Assembly (NCBI GenBank): GCA_965222225.1 | Contig: CBDCTK010000002.1 | Location: forward strand, 3,648,001 to 3,712,000 | Length of the DNA stretch: 64,000 nucleotides | From: Candidatus Poribacteria bacterium | GTDB lineage: Bacteria > Poribacteria > WGA-4E > JAJDTR01 | Direction of reading: 5' to 3' | Shown: positions 41,997 through 52,028 of the stretch, one piece after another | Layout of the letters: each line of letters begins with the position of its first letter | How positions within the stretch are numbered: position 1 is the first letter of the stretch | Program-made: the position numbers and the translations under genes | The notes under the pieces: model-generated | What the model saw: the letters and a program-made list of their open reading frames with translations, nothing else | Database searches by the model: none | Told to the model about the DNA's origin: nothing

Positions 41997-43343
41997 ATGA
42001 CGGCTGAAGTTGCGGTGATGAATAAGCAAGCAATTGCCCTCGCAGCAGACAGCGCTGCTACATTTCGTGATGAAATAGGACAGAAGATTTTCCCCTCCGC
42101 AAGCAAAATCTTCACGTTGTCCAAATACCACCCTGTAGGCGTAATGGTTTATGGTAACGCCAGTATTATGGGCGTTCCTTGGGAAACAGTTATCAAGGCT
42201 TACAGAAGTCAATTAAAGCAGAAAGCATTTCCGTCAATAAACGATTACGCTGCTGATTTTATTTCCTATCTGACCGAAGGAAAGTTATTTGTCTCGGAAC
42301 TAGAAGAAGAAGAGTATGTAAGGAATTCCGTCTATGGTTACTTTAGACTCATCGTGAACCAGGTCGGTGAAAAACTTCAGCCAATCATCGAATCAGAGGG
42401 CGAACAAGAGAAGGCACAGGTAGAGGAAATAATTGCTCAAATTATCCAGGACCACTTCGAGACGTGGGAGAACACAGATTTACTTCCGCAAGTTCCCCCG
42501 GATTGCGTTGAAATTCTCAAGACAAAATATGGGAGTTTAATACAAGAAGCCAAGAAACGCTCTTTTGAGAATATATCAGATGTTTTATCTGGGCAACTGA
42601 CGGAGATTGCGCTTAGTCTTTTCGTAAAGTATCCGGAGGGTGTGTTTAATTCAGGTACATCCGGCGTTGTTATTGCTGGGTTTGGTACAGAAGACATGTT
42701 TCCTGTCCTTGTGTCATATTCAATTGAGGGTAACGTGTGTGATATTTTGAAGTATAAAGAGAATGAAGAAGAATCTACAAGAATCGACTTTGAGAATAAC
42801 GCAACGATTATTCCATTTGCTCAAGGGGAAATGGTAGCAACCTTTATGACAGGTGTTGACCCAAACTATCAAACAGCTCTAGAAGGAGGCCTGCATGAGT
42901 TGTTTACGTCGTACCCAGAGATTCTTGTAGACAGTATAGACAAATTCAGCACTCAAGAGAAGGATGAATTGAAGGCGAAACTACAAGCAATTTCGGATGA
43001 GACGTTTTCTGAATATAGAGATCGGTTGCGCAGTCATCGAAGTGAATTCTACGTGGAACCTATCATGACGGTCGTTCATATGCTTCCCAAAGATGAGCTT
43101 GCCGCAATGGCGGAATCACTCATTAACTTGACTTCCTTCAAGAGAAGGGTTTCAATGGAGGAAGAAACAGTAGGCGGCCCAATTGATGTAGCCGTTATTT
43201 CTAAGGGGGATGGTTTTATTTGGATAAAACGGAAACATTACTTTGACCGCGATTTAAACCAACAATTTTTTGCGAACTATTATAAGGAGATTGAAAACGA
43301 TGAAAGCCGAGAATCAACGAACAAGAAAAACTCCACAGGCTAA
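41997..43343 (+). CDS. proteasome-like Ntn hydrolase with a large helical insertion
   Basis: N-terminal M-T-AEVAV..ALAADS..KIF; GVVIAGF; C-terminal TVGGPIDVAVISK. Confidence 0.75.
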   Translation: MTAEVAVMNKQAIALAADSAATFRDEIGQKIFPSASKIFTLSKYHPVGVMVYGNASIMGVPWETVIKAYRSQLKQKAFPSINDYAADFISYLTEGKLFVSELEEEEYVRNSVYGYFRLIVNQVGEKLQPIIESEGEQEKAQVEEIIAQIIQDHFETWENTDLLPQVPPDCVEILKTKYGSLIQEAKKRSFENISDVLSGQLTEIALSLFVKYPEGVFNSGTSGVVIAGFGTEDMFPVLVSYSIEGNVCDILKYKENEEESTRIDFENNATIIPFAQGEMVATFMTGVDPNYQTALEGGLHELFTSYPEILVDSIDKFSTQEKDELKAKLQAISDETFSEYRDRLRSHRSEFYVEPIMTVVHMLPKDELAAMAESLINLTSFKRRVSMEEETVGGPIDVAVISKGDGFIWIKRKHYFDRDLNQQFFANYYKEIENDESRESTNKKNSTG

Positions 43344-43509
43344 GAAGAAACCCCCTGAAAAAGTGTTTCACTCAATAGAGGAGATTAGAAAACACTTCTT
43401 CCCAAATTTCTATGAGAAGGAAGAGCGAAGAAAACAAACTTCCGAGACTGCTGCGCTCGGTTTAACAAAAGACATCTTGGAACAGATCCGATGCAAACTT
43501 TGCGAATAA
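43300..43509 (+). CDS. small hypothetical protein overlapping the Ntn hydrolase 3' end
   Basis: RBS AAGGAG then ATG at 43300; 69 aa. Confidence 0.55.
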   Translation: MKAENQRTRKTPQAKKKPPEKVFHSIEEIRKHFFPNFYEKEERRKQTSETAALGLTKDILEQIRCKLCE

Positions 43510-43737
43510 GCTAGACGCAACAATCAGCGCGCTTTTCCCTTCAGAGGGGTGCGCTGCCCCTCCCCTCTATACGACGCGATCTAGTTGTTTCATCGGCTCC
43601 GGCAATTTCATATCCTATATTACGAATATGCCCTGGACCGACACGTATTAAATTCTAACGGTCCAGATCCCTATCCTCATATCAATAACTCCCCCTTACG
43701 CCCAGAAACCCCAAAACACGCCCAAGGAGAACCACCT

Positions 43738-46686
43738 ATGCCACAAAACAACCGCACCCCCGAAATCCAAGACTACCGACACGACGCCGCCACCCGAAGA
43801 AACAACCCTCCCGCCGGCATCGCCTCCCACGGGGGGCTCCGCGAAAAACCAAAGCGAGAATACGCCTACAACCCCCACCTGCCGCCTGTCCTCCGATTCA
43901 ACGAGACCGGAGCAGCCGACCAACTCCCCGAACTCCTCGAAAAGGCGAAGAACGGACTTTCCGACGACGAAATCAAAATCCTCGCCGACGCATTGAAAGA
44001 CCGCGCCCCCTGGCTCGAATGGGCAGGCAAACAGGAGGCGAAATCCTTCGCCGTCGATCCGGTGGCGCTGCATATCCACGAGCGCGTGAGCGCAAAAGCC
44101 ATTATGCGAGCCGCGGGACGCCAAGATGTCCAACGCCACCTCTTCGCCGACCCGCAGCAGGCGTATCACGAGGCGGTGCAGTTCTACCAGCACGACGTGG
44201 ATTGGTCTAACCGCCTCATCTTGGGCGATAGCCTCACCGTGATGAGTTCCCTCGCGCATCGCGAAGACCTCGCCGGCAAAGTGCAGATGATCTACATCGA
44301 CCCGCCCTACGGCATCAAGTTTGCCTCAAACTTTCAGCCCACCGTGTTTCAGCGTGATGTGAAGGACAAGGAGAGCGACCTAACCCGCGAACCGGAACAG
44401 ATTAAAGCCTACCGTGACACCTGGACGCTGGGCGTGCATTCCTACCTCGCCTACTTGCGTGATCGTCTGATTGTCGCCAAGGAATTGCTGACTGATAGCG
44501 GGAGTATCTTTGTTCAGATTAGTGATGAGAATGTCCATCGCGTGCGGTGTTTGATGGATGAAGTGTTTGAGAGCGAGAATTTTGTCAGTATGATTAGCTA
44601 CACAACAACCTCTGGTCTCGGAAATAAGAATCTGGAAACCACTGGTGATTATCTTATTTGGTACTGCAAAGACATTTCCCAAATAAAAACTCGTACGATT
44701 TGGCTGGAAAAAGAATTAAAGCCCGATAAGGCCTATAGGAATCTTGAACTCAAACATGGAGCGCGCCGCTATATGTCAAACTCCGATATCGAAGGGCGAA
44801 GTGCCTTCCTTAGGAAGTGTCGTATATTCAGATACGACAACCTGCAAAGTCAAAGTGGAGGCGAGAGTGGACAGTTCCCTGTCGAATTCGAGGGGCGGAC
44901 ATTTAGGATTGCACGAGGTAGCTGGAAAACGAGCAAAACTGGCATGAGTATTCTTATTCAGAGTGGTAGGATTGACCGTTTTGGAAACACGTTGAGTTAC
45001 ATTCGATATATTGATGATTTCCTATGCAAACGATTGACAAATATGTGGACGGATACGAGCATCTCAGGGTTTGCAAGCAATAAAAAATACGTTGTAGAAA
45101 CTAGTCTAAAAGTCATCCAGCGCTGCATTTTAATGACCACAGACCCCGGCGATCTTGTCCTCGATCCCACCTGCGGAAGCGGTACCACCGCTTACGTCGC
45201 AGAGAGTTGGGGCAGGCGCTGGATAACCATTGATACCAGCCGCGTCGCGATTGCCCTAGCGCGTCAACGCCTTCTGACAGGAACCTTCAACTACTACAAA
45301 CTCAAAGATGATTCGGCAGGCGTTGTGGGCGGCTTCATCCATAGAAGTGCCGCGTATATCACGCTCAAGGGAATGGCTCAGAACATAGCGCTTGACCCCA
45401 TCTTCACAAAGCATGAACCGGTTCTTGAGGAGAAGTTGGAGGCGTTGAACCGTACCTTGGAGGCGGTAACACCTGAGATTCGCACCGCGCTGCACGCCAA
45501 ACTCGTGGAAAAAGGGAAACGCGAAGGGAAGAAAGCCGTCACCGATGCCGACCGGCGGCGCTGGGAACTCTCGGGGAGCGCTTGGAAGGGGTGGGAGGTG
45601 CCGTTTGATACCGATCCCGATTGGCACCCAGAGTTGCAGCAAGCCTTAACCGATTACCGCGAGGCGTGGCGGGCAAAGATGGATGAAGTGAACGAATGCA
45701 TCGCTGCCGCGTCCGACATTGAGGAGCTGGTCGATCAGCCAGAGGTGGACAGAAAGAAACTGAGGGTGAGTGGCCCCTTCACCGTGGAGGCGGTGCAACC
45801 CGCCGAAGAATCGCTCCACGACGATTCACCGATTGGGGGTGAACCTGAAGACATGTCGGACACGTTCGAGTCCGAAGGCAGCGGTAGCGAATCGGCAAAC
45901 GCCGAAGCCTATCTTGACAGCATGATTCGTCTGCTCCGAAATGACGGCGTCCGTTTTCCCGATAACCGAACCATGGAATTCGATCGGCTTGACCCGATTG
46001 AAGCTGACGTTCTCCATGCCGAAGGCGCTTGGAAAGACGACACCGAAGATCGACTTATTGCCGTAGTATTCGGGCCTCAACACGGTCCGGTGACGGCGAT
46101 GCAGGTTGAGGAATGCCTGCCGATTGCATCTCGCCGCGGCTACGACGATCTAGTCTTTGCGGGTTTCGGTTTCGATGGCGCCGCCCAAGCCGCTATCGGC
46201 GACGATCCGAATCCCAGAGTCCGTATCCACATGGCGCACATCAACCCCGACGTGGCAATGGGCGGCTTGCTCAAAGAGACGCCAACCAGTCAGCTCTTCA
46301 CCGTGTTCGGCGAGCCTCGTACAAAAGTTGAAATGTCGGAAGACGACGAGTACATCGTCACGATGGAGGGCGTCGATGTCTACAATCCCGTCGACAACAT
46401 GGTGACCTCCGAAGGCAGCGACAGGGTGGCGGCGTGGTTCATTGATTCCGACTACGACGGCAGGACCTTCTGCATCACCCAAGCCTTTTTTCCCGACAAG
46501 AAAGCCTGGAGCAGAATTGCCCGCGCCCTGAAGGGCGTCATCGATCCGGAGCGTTTTGAAAACTTCAGCGGTACCACTTCCTTGCCGTTTCCTGCGGGTG
46601 AACATCGACGCGTCGCCGTCAAGGTCATCGACCCGCGCGGAAATGAGGTCATGCGAGTACACAACCTCGGCGAGCAGGGATACTGA
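43738..46686 (+). CDS. type III R-M DNA methyltransferase (Mod)
   Basis: IYIDPPY and VLDPTCGSGTT in beta-class order; RBS AAGGAG before MPQNN. Confidence 0.92.
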   Translation: MPQNNRTPEIQDYRHDAATRRNNPPAGIASHGGLREKPKREYAYNPHLPPVLRFNETGAADQLPELLEKAKNGLSDDEIKILADALKDRAPWLEWAGKQEAKSFAVDPVALHIHERVSAKAIMRAAGRQDVQRHLFADPQQAYHEAVQFYQHDVDWSNRLILGDSLTVMSSLAHREDLAGKVQMIYIDPPYGIKFASNFQPTVFQRDVKDKESDLTREPEQIKAYRDTWTLGVHSYLAYLRDRLIVAKELLTDSGSIFVQISDENVHRVRCLMDEVFESENFVSMISYTTTSGLGNKNLETTGDYLIWYCKDISQIKTRTIWLEKELKPDKAYRNLELKHGARRYMSNSDIEGRSAFLRKCRIFRYDNLQSQSGGESGQFPVEFEGRTFRIARGSWKTSKTGMSILIQSGRIDRFGNTLSYIRYIDDFLCKRLTNMWTDTSISGFASNKKYVVETSLKVIQRCILMTTDPGDLVLDPTCGSGTTAYVAESWGRRWITIDTSRVAIALARQRLLTGTFNYYKLKDDSAGVVGGFIHRSAAYITLKGMAQNIALDPIFTKHEPVLEEKLEALNRTLEAVTPEIRTALHAKLVEKGKREGKKAVTDADRRRWELSGSAWKGWEVPFDTDPDWHPELQQALTDYREAWRAKMDEVNECIAAASDIEELVDQPEVDRKKLRVSGPFTVEAVQPAEESLHDDSPIGGEPEDMSDTFESEGSGSESANAEAYLDSMIRLLRNDGVRFPDNRTMEFDRLDPIEADVLHAEGAWKDDTEDRLIAVVFGPQHGPVTAMQVEECLPIASRRGYDDLVFAGFGFDGAAQAAIGDDPNPRVRIHMAHINPDVAMGGLLKETPTSQLFTVFGEPRTKVEMSEDDEYIVTMEGVDVYNPVDNMVTSEGSDRVAAWFIDSDYDGRTFCITQAFFPDKKAWSRIARALKGVIDPERFENFSGTTSLPFPAGEHRRVAVKVIDPRGNEVMRVHNLGEQGY

Positions 46687-47375
46687 GATCTCGTCTCGTA
46701 ACTATCATTCACACTTGCGCCGTAAGCCGGATTGTGATATACTTAACGTGTGTAATGTGTCTAATTGTAGGGTGGGCACTGCCCACCATCTCCGACTACT
46801 AACCGTACGTATCCCATGGTTTCCTGATATTGATTAGGACTACGCAAACGTGAAACTCCTAGCCCACCGCTGGGCTCACGACGTGGCGATGCGTAAAGGT
46901 GTAACGATACTGTTGCGAATATTTTCCGTGAAAGACTTCTGGCGATGGACTGTTACACGAAGTTTACTGGGTTGCCTGTTACCCCAAAAAAATCCAATGT
47001 TTGTGACATTTTGTGATATTTTGTGACAATTCGTGACATCGCAAGAATCAAACACATTAAGACGGCGTAGATTGGGCTGTACGAACAACCTCCTCGTCCC
47101 AACCATTTTGTATGGATAGATGCCAACCGTGTTTTTCATACCTACTTTCCCGTGCAATTCATACAGAACTTGCTAAGAAGCCGGTTATAGCGTGTATTTT
47201 CGCGCCTTTTTTCCCGTAAAAGTTTCCCAATTCTGCATATTACGTACGAAGAGTATGAAATGCTGTGATGATCCCGTAGAATGCAGCCACTTGTAGTTTT
47301 TCTCTTTTGCGTTCTAGCGGAGCAGAATGTGGTTCAGGCAAACCTGCAGGTCGTTTTTGTAGGGTGCGCACTGCA

Positions 47376-47411
47376 ATCAAGCGAGTGGATAGCGAGTGCG
47401 ATAGCCATCTT
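47376..47411 (+). repeat. 36-nt element inserted in a REP arm
   Basis: GTAGGGTGCGCACTGCA[ATCAAGCGAGTGGATAGCGAGTGCGATAGCCATCTT]ACCAGCCT. Confidence 0.9.
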
Positions 47412-47480
47412 ACCAGCCTTTGAAAGCGCCAGCGGGGCGATAGATAGCAATCTGCATTAAGATAGCCGAGGAAGCACAGG

Positions 47481-47852
47481 ATGGGTAAAAACCACGACAT
47501 CTTTGACGGCTACACCGTCAACCTATTCCTTGATGAAGATGGCGATTATCTTGCGCATCTCGTCGAACTCCCAAATGTCTCGGCTTTCGGACCAACGCCT
47601 GCCCAAGCACTAGTTGAATTGAAAGCAGCTTGGGAATTGATGAAAGAATGCTACCAAGAGGATGGCGCTCCTGTCCCTAAAGCACCGTCACGGGAAGGAT
47701 ACGAAGGGCCGTTCAACGTTCCCGTTGATGCCCGACTTTATCATGAATTAACAAATGGAGCGGCGCAAGCGGGAATCAGTCTTTACGCGCTTGTGGCAGA
47801 GAAGCTAGCGAAGCCGACATCACGTGGCACAAATAGGACAAAAATAACATAA
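47481..47852 (+). CDS. HicB-family antitoxin
   Basis: DEDGDYLAHLVELPNVSAFGPTPAQAL...VPKAP; RHH-like tail FNVPV. Confidence 0.85.
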   Translation: MGKNHDIFDGYTVNLFLDEDGDYLAHLVELPNVSAFGPTPAQALVELKAAWELMKECYQEDGAPVPKAPSREGYEGPFNVPVDARLYHELTNGAAQAGISLYALVAEKLAKPTSRGTNRTKIT

Positions 47853-48826
47853 TGTCTAAAGAAAAATCCCACGATCTATATGACTTCATGCAGCAGTTAA
47901 GCGATGAGATGGCTGCAGAATATACACGCATCCAAAAGCGAGCAGCCGAGGACCCAGGGACCGCTGGAGACCAAGGCGAAGAAAACTGGGCTAAACTGTT
48001 GAGCGAATGGCTTCCCCGTACCTATCACGTTGCTACAAAAGGACGCATCATTAGCTCAGATGGCCGCACAAGCCCTCAGGTTGATGTTTTAGTGCTAAAG
48101 GACGTGTATCCCAAGAAACTACTCGACAAGAAATTGTATCTCGCTGCAGGTGTTGCCGCCGCGTTTGAATGCAAAACCACGCTGAAGGCATCACATATTG
48201 AGGAAGCCGTGAAGAGATGTGTAGAGATCAAGAATTTGTATCCGGTCCGGGAAGGCACGCCTTACAAGGAATTACACGCGCCCATTGTATATGGGTTGTT
48301 GGCACATTCTCATTCTTGGAAGGGAAAGAATTCAACGCCTGAAGAAAATATTGAGCAAAAACTGTCGAAGGCTGACGAATTGCACGTGTCTCATCCTCGG
48401 CTAAGCCTTGATGTGCTCTGTGTTGCCGATCTTGCTTCGTGGACAATGTCTAAGATGACGTTTTTTGCTCCATGGATGATTCCCGGATATGAATGGTCGT
48501 TTCCTCAAGAATATCCGCGGCATGGCGTAGCATTGAGTTCGTATATTGCACATACAACCTCCGTCGAAAATCAAGTCTATTATTTCACTCCAATTGGTGT
48601 TCTCATTTCCATACTGTCGCACCTGCTCGCATGGGAAACCCCAGCACTGCGTGACCTCGTGGACTATTACCAAATTACAGACATAGGGGGTTCTGGTGCG
48701 GGAGTCCCTCGCCCGTGGCCTAGTTCAATATACAGCGAAAGCGTTCGCGACCGTGCCAAGTTCGGCCCCTTAGCAACCGGCAAAACCAAGAGATGGGATG
48801 AATGGAATATGGCTTTCTGGCCTTGA
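47852..48826 (+). CDS. putative PD-(D/E)XK nuclease (DUF6602-like)
   Basis: GDQGEENW...SPQVDVLV...AAFECKTTL. Confidence 0.7.
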   Translation: MSKEKSHDLYDFMQQLSDEMAAEYTRIQKRAAEDPGTAGDQGEENWAKLLSEWLPRTYHVATKGRIISSDGRTSPQVDVLVLKDVYPKKLLDKKLYLAAGVAAAFECKTTLKASHIEEAVKRCVEIKNLYPVREGTPYKELHAPIVYGLLAHSHSWKGKNSTPEENIEQKLSKADELHVSHPRLSLDVLCVADLASWTMSKMTFFAPWMIPGYEWSFPQEYPRHGVALSSYIAHTTSVENQVYYFTPIGVLISILSHLLAWETPALRDLVDYYQITDIGGSGAGVPRPWPSSIYSESVRDRAKFGPLATGKTKRWDEWNMAFWP

Positions 48827-49025
48827 GTGAGTGCAACGGCAATTTCTTCTAGTAGAAGTCTTGTAACAAAAACGGGATTAAGAGAAGAACACTGGGGCAA
48901 AGTCAAAGGAACCATCTCGCTTGAGATAAGGCGTTGGAGGAGTACCTACTCTATAGTTAACTCGCCCGCTAGGTCGGCTTTTACAGGGGCCATTCCACTA
49001 TAACGCACGTGTTGCAATGCTTCCT

Positions 49026-49140
49026 TGTCTGAATCACGGATTAACTGGATAACGCAGATGACGCGGATTAAAATCCGATTGGACCTTTGGACGAAAAATC
49101 CGTGAAATCCAGTAATCCGTGCGAATCCGCGATTCAGACA
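49026..49140. repeat. inverted-repeat element with 9-mer sub-repeats
   Basis: TGTCTGAATC...GATTCAGACA termini; CACGGATTA-like units opposite AATCCGTG-like units; a similar element lies at ~22946-23010. Confidence 0.7.
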
Positions 49141-49198
49141 CCCCATTAACGTCGTACACACTGTGAACACCTTGCAACACAAATGAAGGTCCGGACAC

Positions 49199-50357
49199 AT
49201 GAAACAATTTATTGCCTATTTATCATTGGGAGCTTTTTTGGGGATGATGCCACCTCCGTTATTCGCCCAACAGAATCAATCCCCGCAACAGCTAGTCCAA
49301 GAAATCGAACTTCTCAAGAACAAAGTCTCAAAGCTAGAAAAGCAACTTCGGACTGTGGAAAATGTTGAGAAGATAGAGTTACAAGCACAACTCGCTGAGG
49401 CAAATGCAAAACTTGCCGAAGCTAACGCTAAGCTTGTTAATACAGAGTTTGAGAAATTCAAGCGAGAGCTGAGGATTGATAATGAGGAGCTGGAGTTATT
49501 GGCTTTTTGGTATTCTTAGCTTTATTGCAGTAGCTAGCGGCACTGCTGTTTGGTTTTCGCTCAAATCATTAATAGCGGATAGAGTTGAAAAGAGCCTAGA
49601 CGGGTTTAAAAAAGGCCTGAAAGAGTTGGACCTACTGAAAAATCAACTTGGAGTATTGGAAAAAGAACATACAGTGTCAATATTGCAGGATTTGCGCGGC
49701 TGGTTCCTACAGGACGAACATGACCATCCTGAACCAGTTAAAGCACTCCGTGAAGAAACTCTTTTGGAGATACTTACCGATGGAAGATATGACGACGCAA
49801 ATCTTGATTTACAACTCAGATATAAAGCCGTAGAAATTTTAGCCGCACGAAAATCTTCCAGATTAGTTTCTCCTACGCTGGAAATCTTAAATTCAGTTGT
49901 GGATTCAGACTCACACATTGATTTTCAAACAGAGAATTCCTTGTGTGGATTTATCAACTCGCTTGCACGTATACACACGCCTGAATCTTATCAGGGGCTT
50001 AAAAGATTTCTCAACCGTTTATTGACAGAGAGTCCGAAACATAAGGATTCATTTTTAATGGCAACAGTTCTTGCATTTGGCCGGGCTGCTATTGAATTGA
50101 ATATGAGAGACTCGGTTTCTATATTGAAATCGGCTATGCCCCATTTACAGGATCCTGGATACGAAGACCTAAGTAAATTGGTTGAATATTTTGATAGATT
50201 CAACGATTCTGCAGGAATAAAGGAAATCTTGACCAAGCACGTAACGAGTGGGATGCCTGAGGTGAAAAGGCAATGCTTGGACGCATTGGAAAAGTACGAC
50301 CCCGAGTTTGCAGCAAATTGGCGAGCACAACACACAACTGACGACGCCGAATCATAA
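49199..50357 (+). pseudogene. signal peptide + coiled-coil + TM protein, frameshifted at ~49480
   Basis: Two overlapping ORFs (49199-49519 and 49476-50357) read as one protein. Confidence 0.65.
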
Positions 50358-50366
50358 GGATTCCTC

Positions 50367-50755
50367 ATGAACCAAAACCAACGCGAAATCCCAATCCAAC
50401 CCGTTGAGCGCCCCATTCTGTGCAACCCCTACGAAGAACCGAACGCCCACTGGGTCTACGACACCGAGACCGGAGAAGCCAGCCAGAATCCCGGACGCCG
50501 TGACGCAGGCTACTGGTACAAAACGCAACGCACGGGAACTGAGCAACTTCAAATGCGTTTTGTTCAAGAAGAGCAGCGGGACGACCTCTTTGCCGGTTTT
50601 CGCTAGTAAACATTGACGCGTTGCCGTCAAAGTCATCGATCGCCGCGGGAATGAGGTCATGCGCGTACACAACCTCGCCGAGTTGCGTCACTGAATCGTC
50701 GCGGACGAATATCATTTACACTTGCAGCTTGAGCCAATATGTGATATACTTAACA
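50367..50755 (+). pseudogene. chimeric remnant: res 5' end fused to mod 3' end
   Basis: 50367-50586 matches the start of res (52029-); 50587-50755 matches the end of mod and its downstream DNA (46575-46748). Confidence 0.85.
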
Positions 50756-51352
50756 CACATAAGGCATTTAGATGTAGGGTTGGATTGGCGATCTCCTCTC
50801 TTATTGCCGCCCAAGAAACCTATTTCCCCTGACAATTTGTGACATCACAGCGCCGACGGATGCCAATTGTCTCACATTCCACCGTTTGGAACGTTTCCGA
50901 TTATTGGAATATTGAGTTGCTCAACACACGTAGCTTGCATGAAGATTACTCCAAAATACTCTCACCTTCGAAGATTTTCGCTTCTGCATTCGTCGCGCAT
51001 TGAACTTTATCCGATGTGGCATTATACTTTACGCTGGTGGCCTCGAGACGCCTCTCTGATCCGCGTGAAAAGCATCACTCAAGGGAAGGCTCCCCAATTC
51101 GGTGAGCGCACTTTAGCGCACTTTCGTGAAACGGGGCATACCATGCTTGAAGCGGCGTCCGGCAAGCATTGGAGCCCGATTTTCGATACTGTGTGATTAG
51201 TGCGCTACCCTTACCCTAAAAAAGTGGCGCCAGAAAATACTGAAAAAACTGAGGAAACTGAAAAAAGCGAAATATCAGAACGACGCGGCAACAATATGAA
51301 CTGTTTCCCTTAAGTGGTCTTCTCGCTAAGTATTTGACACATATTGAAACCG

Positions 51353-51388
51353 ATTAACTGAGTGGATAGCGAAGGCGATAGAGATCCC
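51353..51388 (+). repeat. solo 36-nt element
   Basis: ATTAACTGAGTGGATAGCGAAGGCGATAGAGATCCC. Confidence 0.9.
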
Positions 51389-52028
51389 ATTCATTGCCCG
51401 TCTTACGGTTTCACGGTTTTCACTGACCACTAATCACTAGCCACTAAACACTTACGAAATGGTATAAGAAACTCCCTACGGCAATAGAACGGCATTGATA
51501 AGCATCGGGCATGGGTTCCGCTAACTGAGTAAGGTCGGATCGACGATCATCAAATCGTCGATTTCCCCTCTTTTTGCCCGTCACCTTCTTTTACCTAGAA
51601 CTGCCGCTATTGCCATTCGTACCATGACAAAACCTCATCGTGGCCAAACTTTTTTTCTTGTTAGCATTTTGTTAGCATTAGGATTCCCGGGAACCCGCAC
51701 TACCAAAGGACACTCCCATTTTAGAAAATGCTAACACGCCGCTTAAATCGACGCTCCGTTAGCATCTCTTTTCACGTTGTCGGTTCGCTGATTCGCACCA
51801 TTGTAGGGGACGATTGTGGATTTTCAATCAACCTTATGTGACCATCAAATCAACATGGAATCCGTGTTCGACAGCCGTCTTATGACCGGAAATGGCTGTA
51901 CTATCTATTAGTCAAACAGGCGCTTAATTCACCCCATTAACGCACTGTCATTTTGGAGAAATGGTATAACCTAATCACTCCTGCGGAGACACTGTCACCC
52001 AAACTTCACCAATAAACTAGGACGCACC

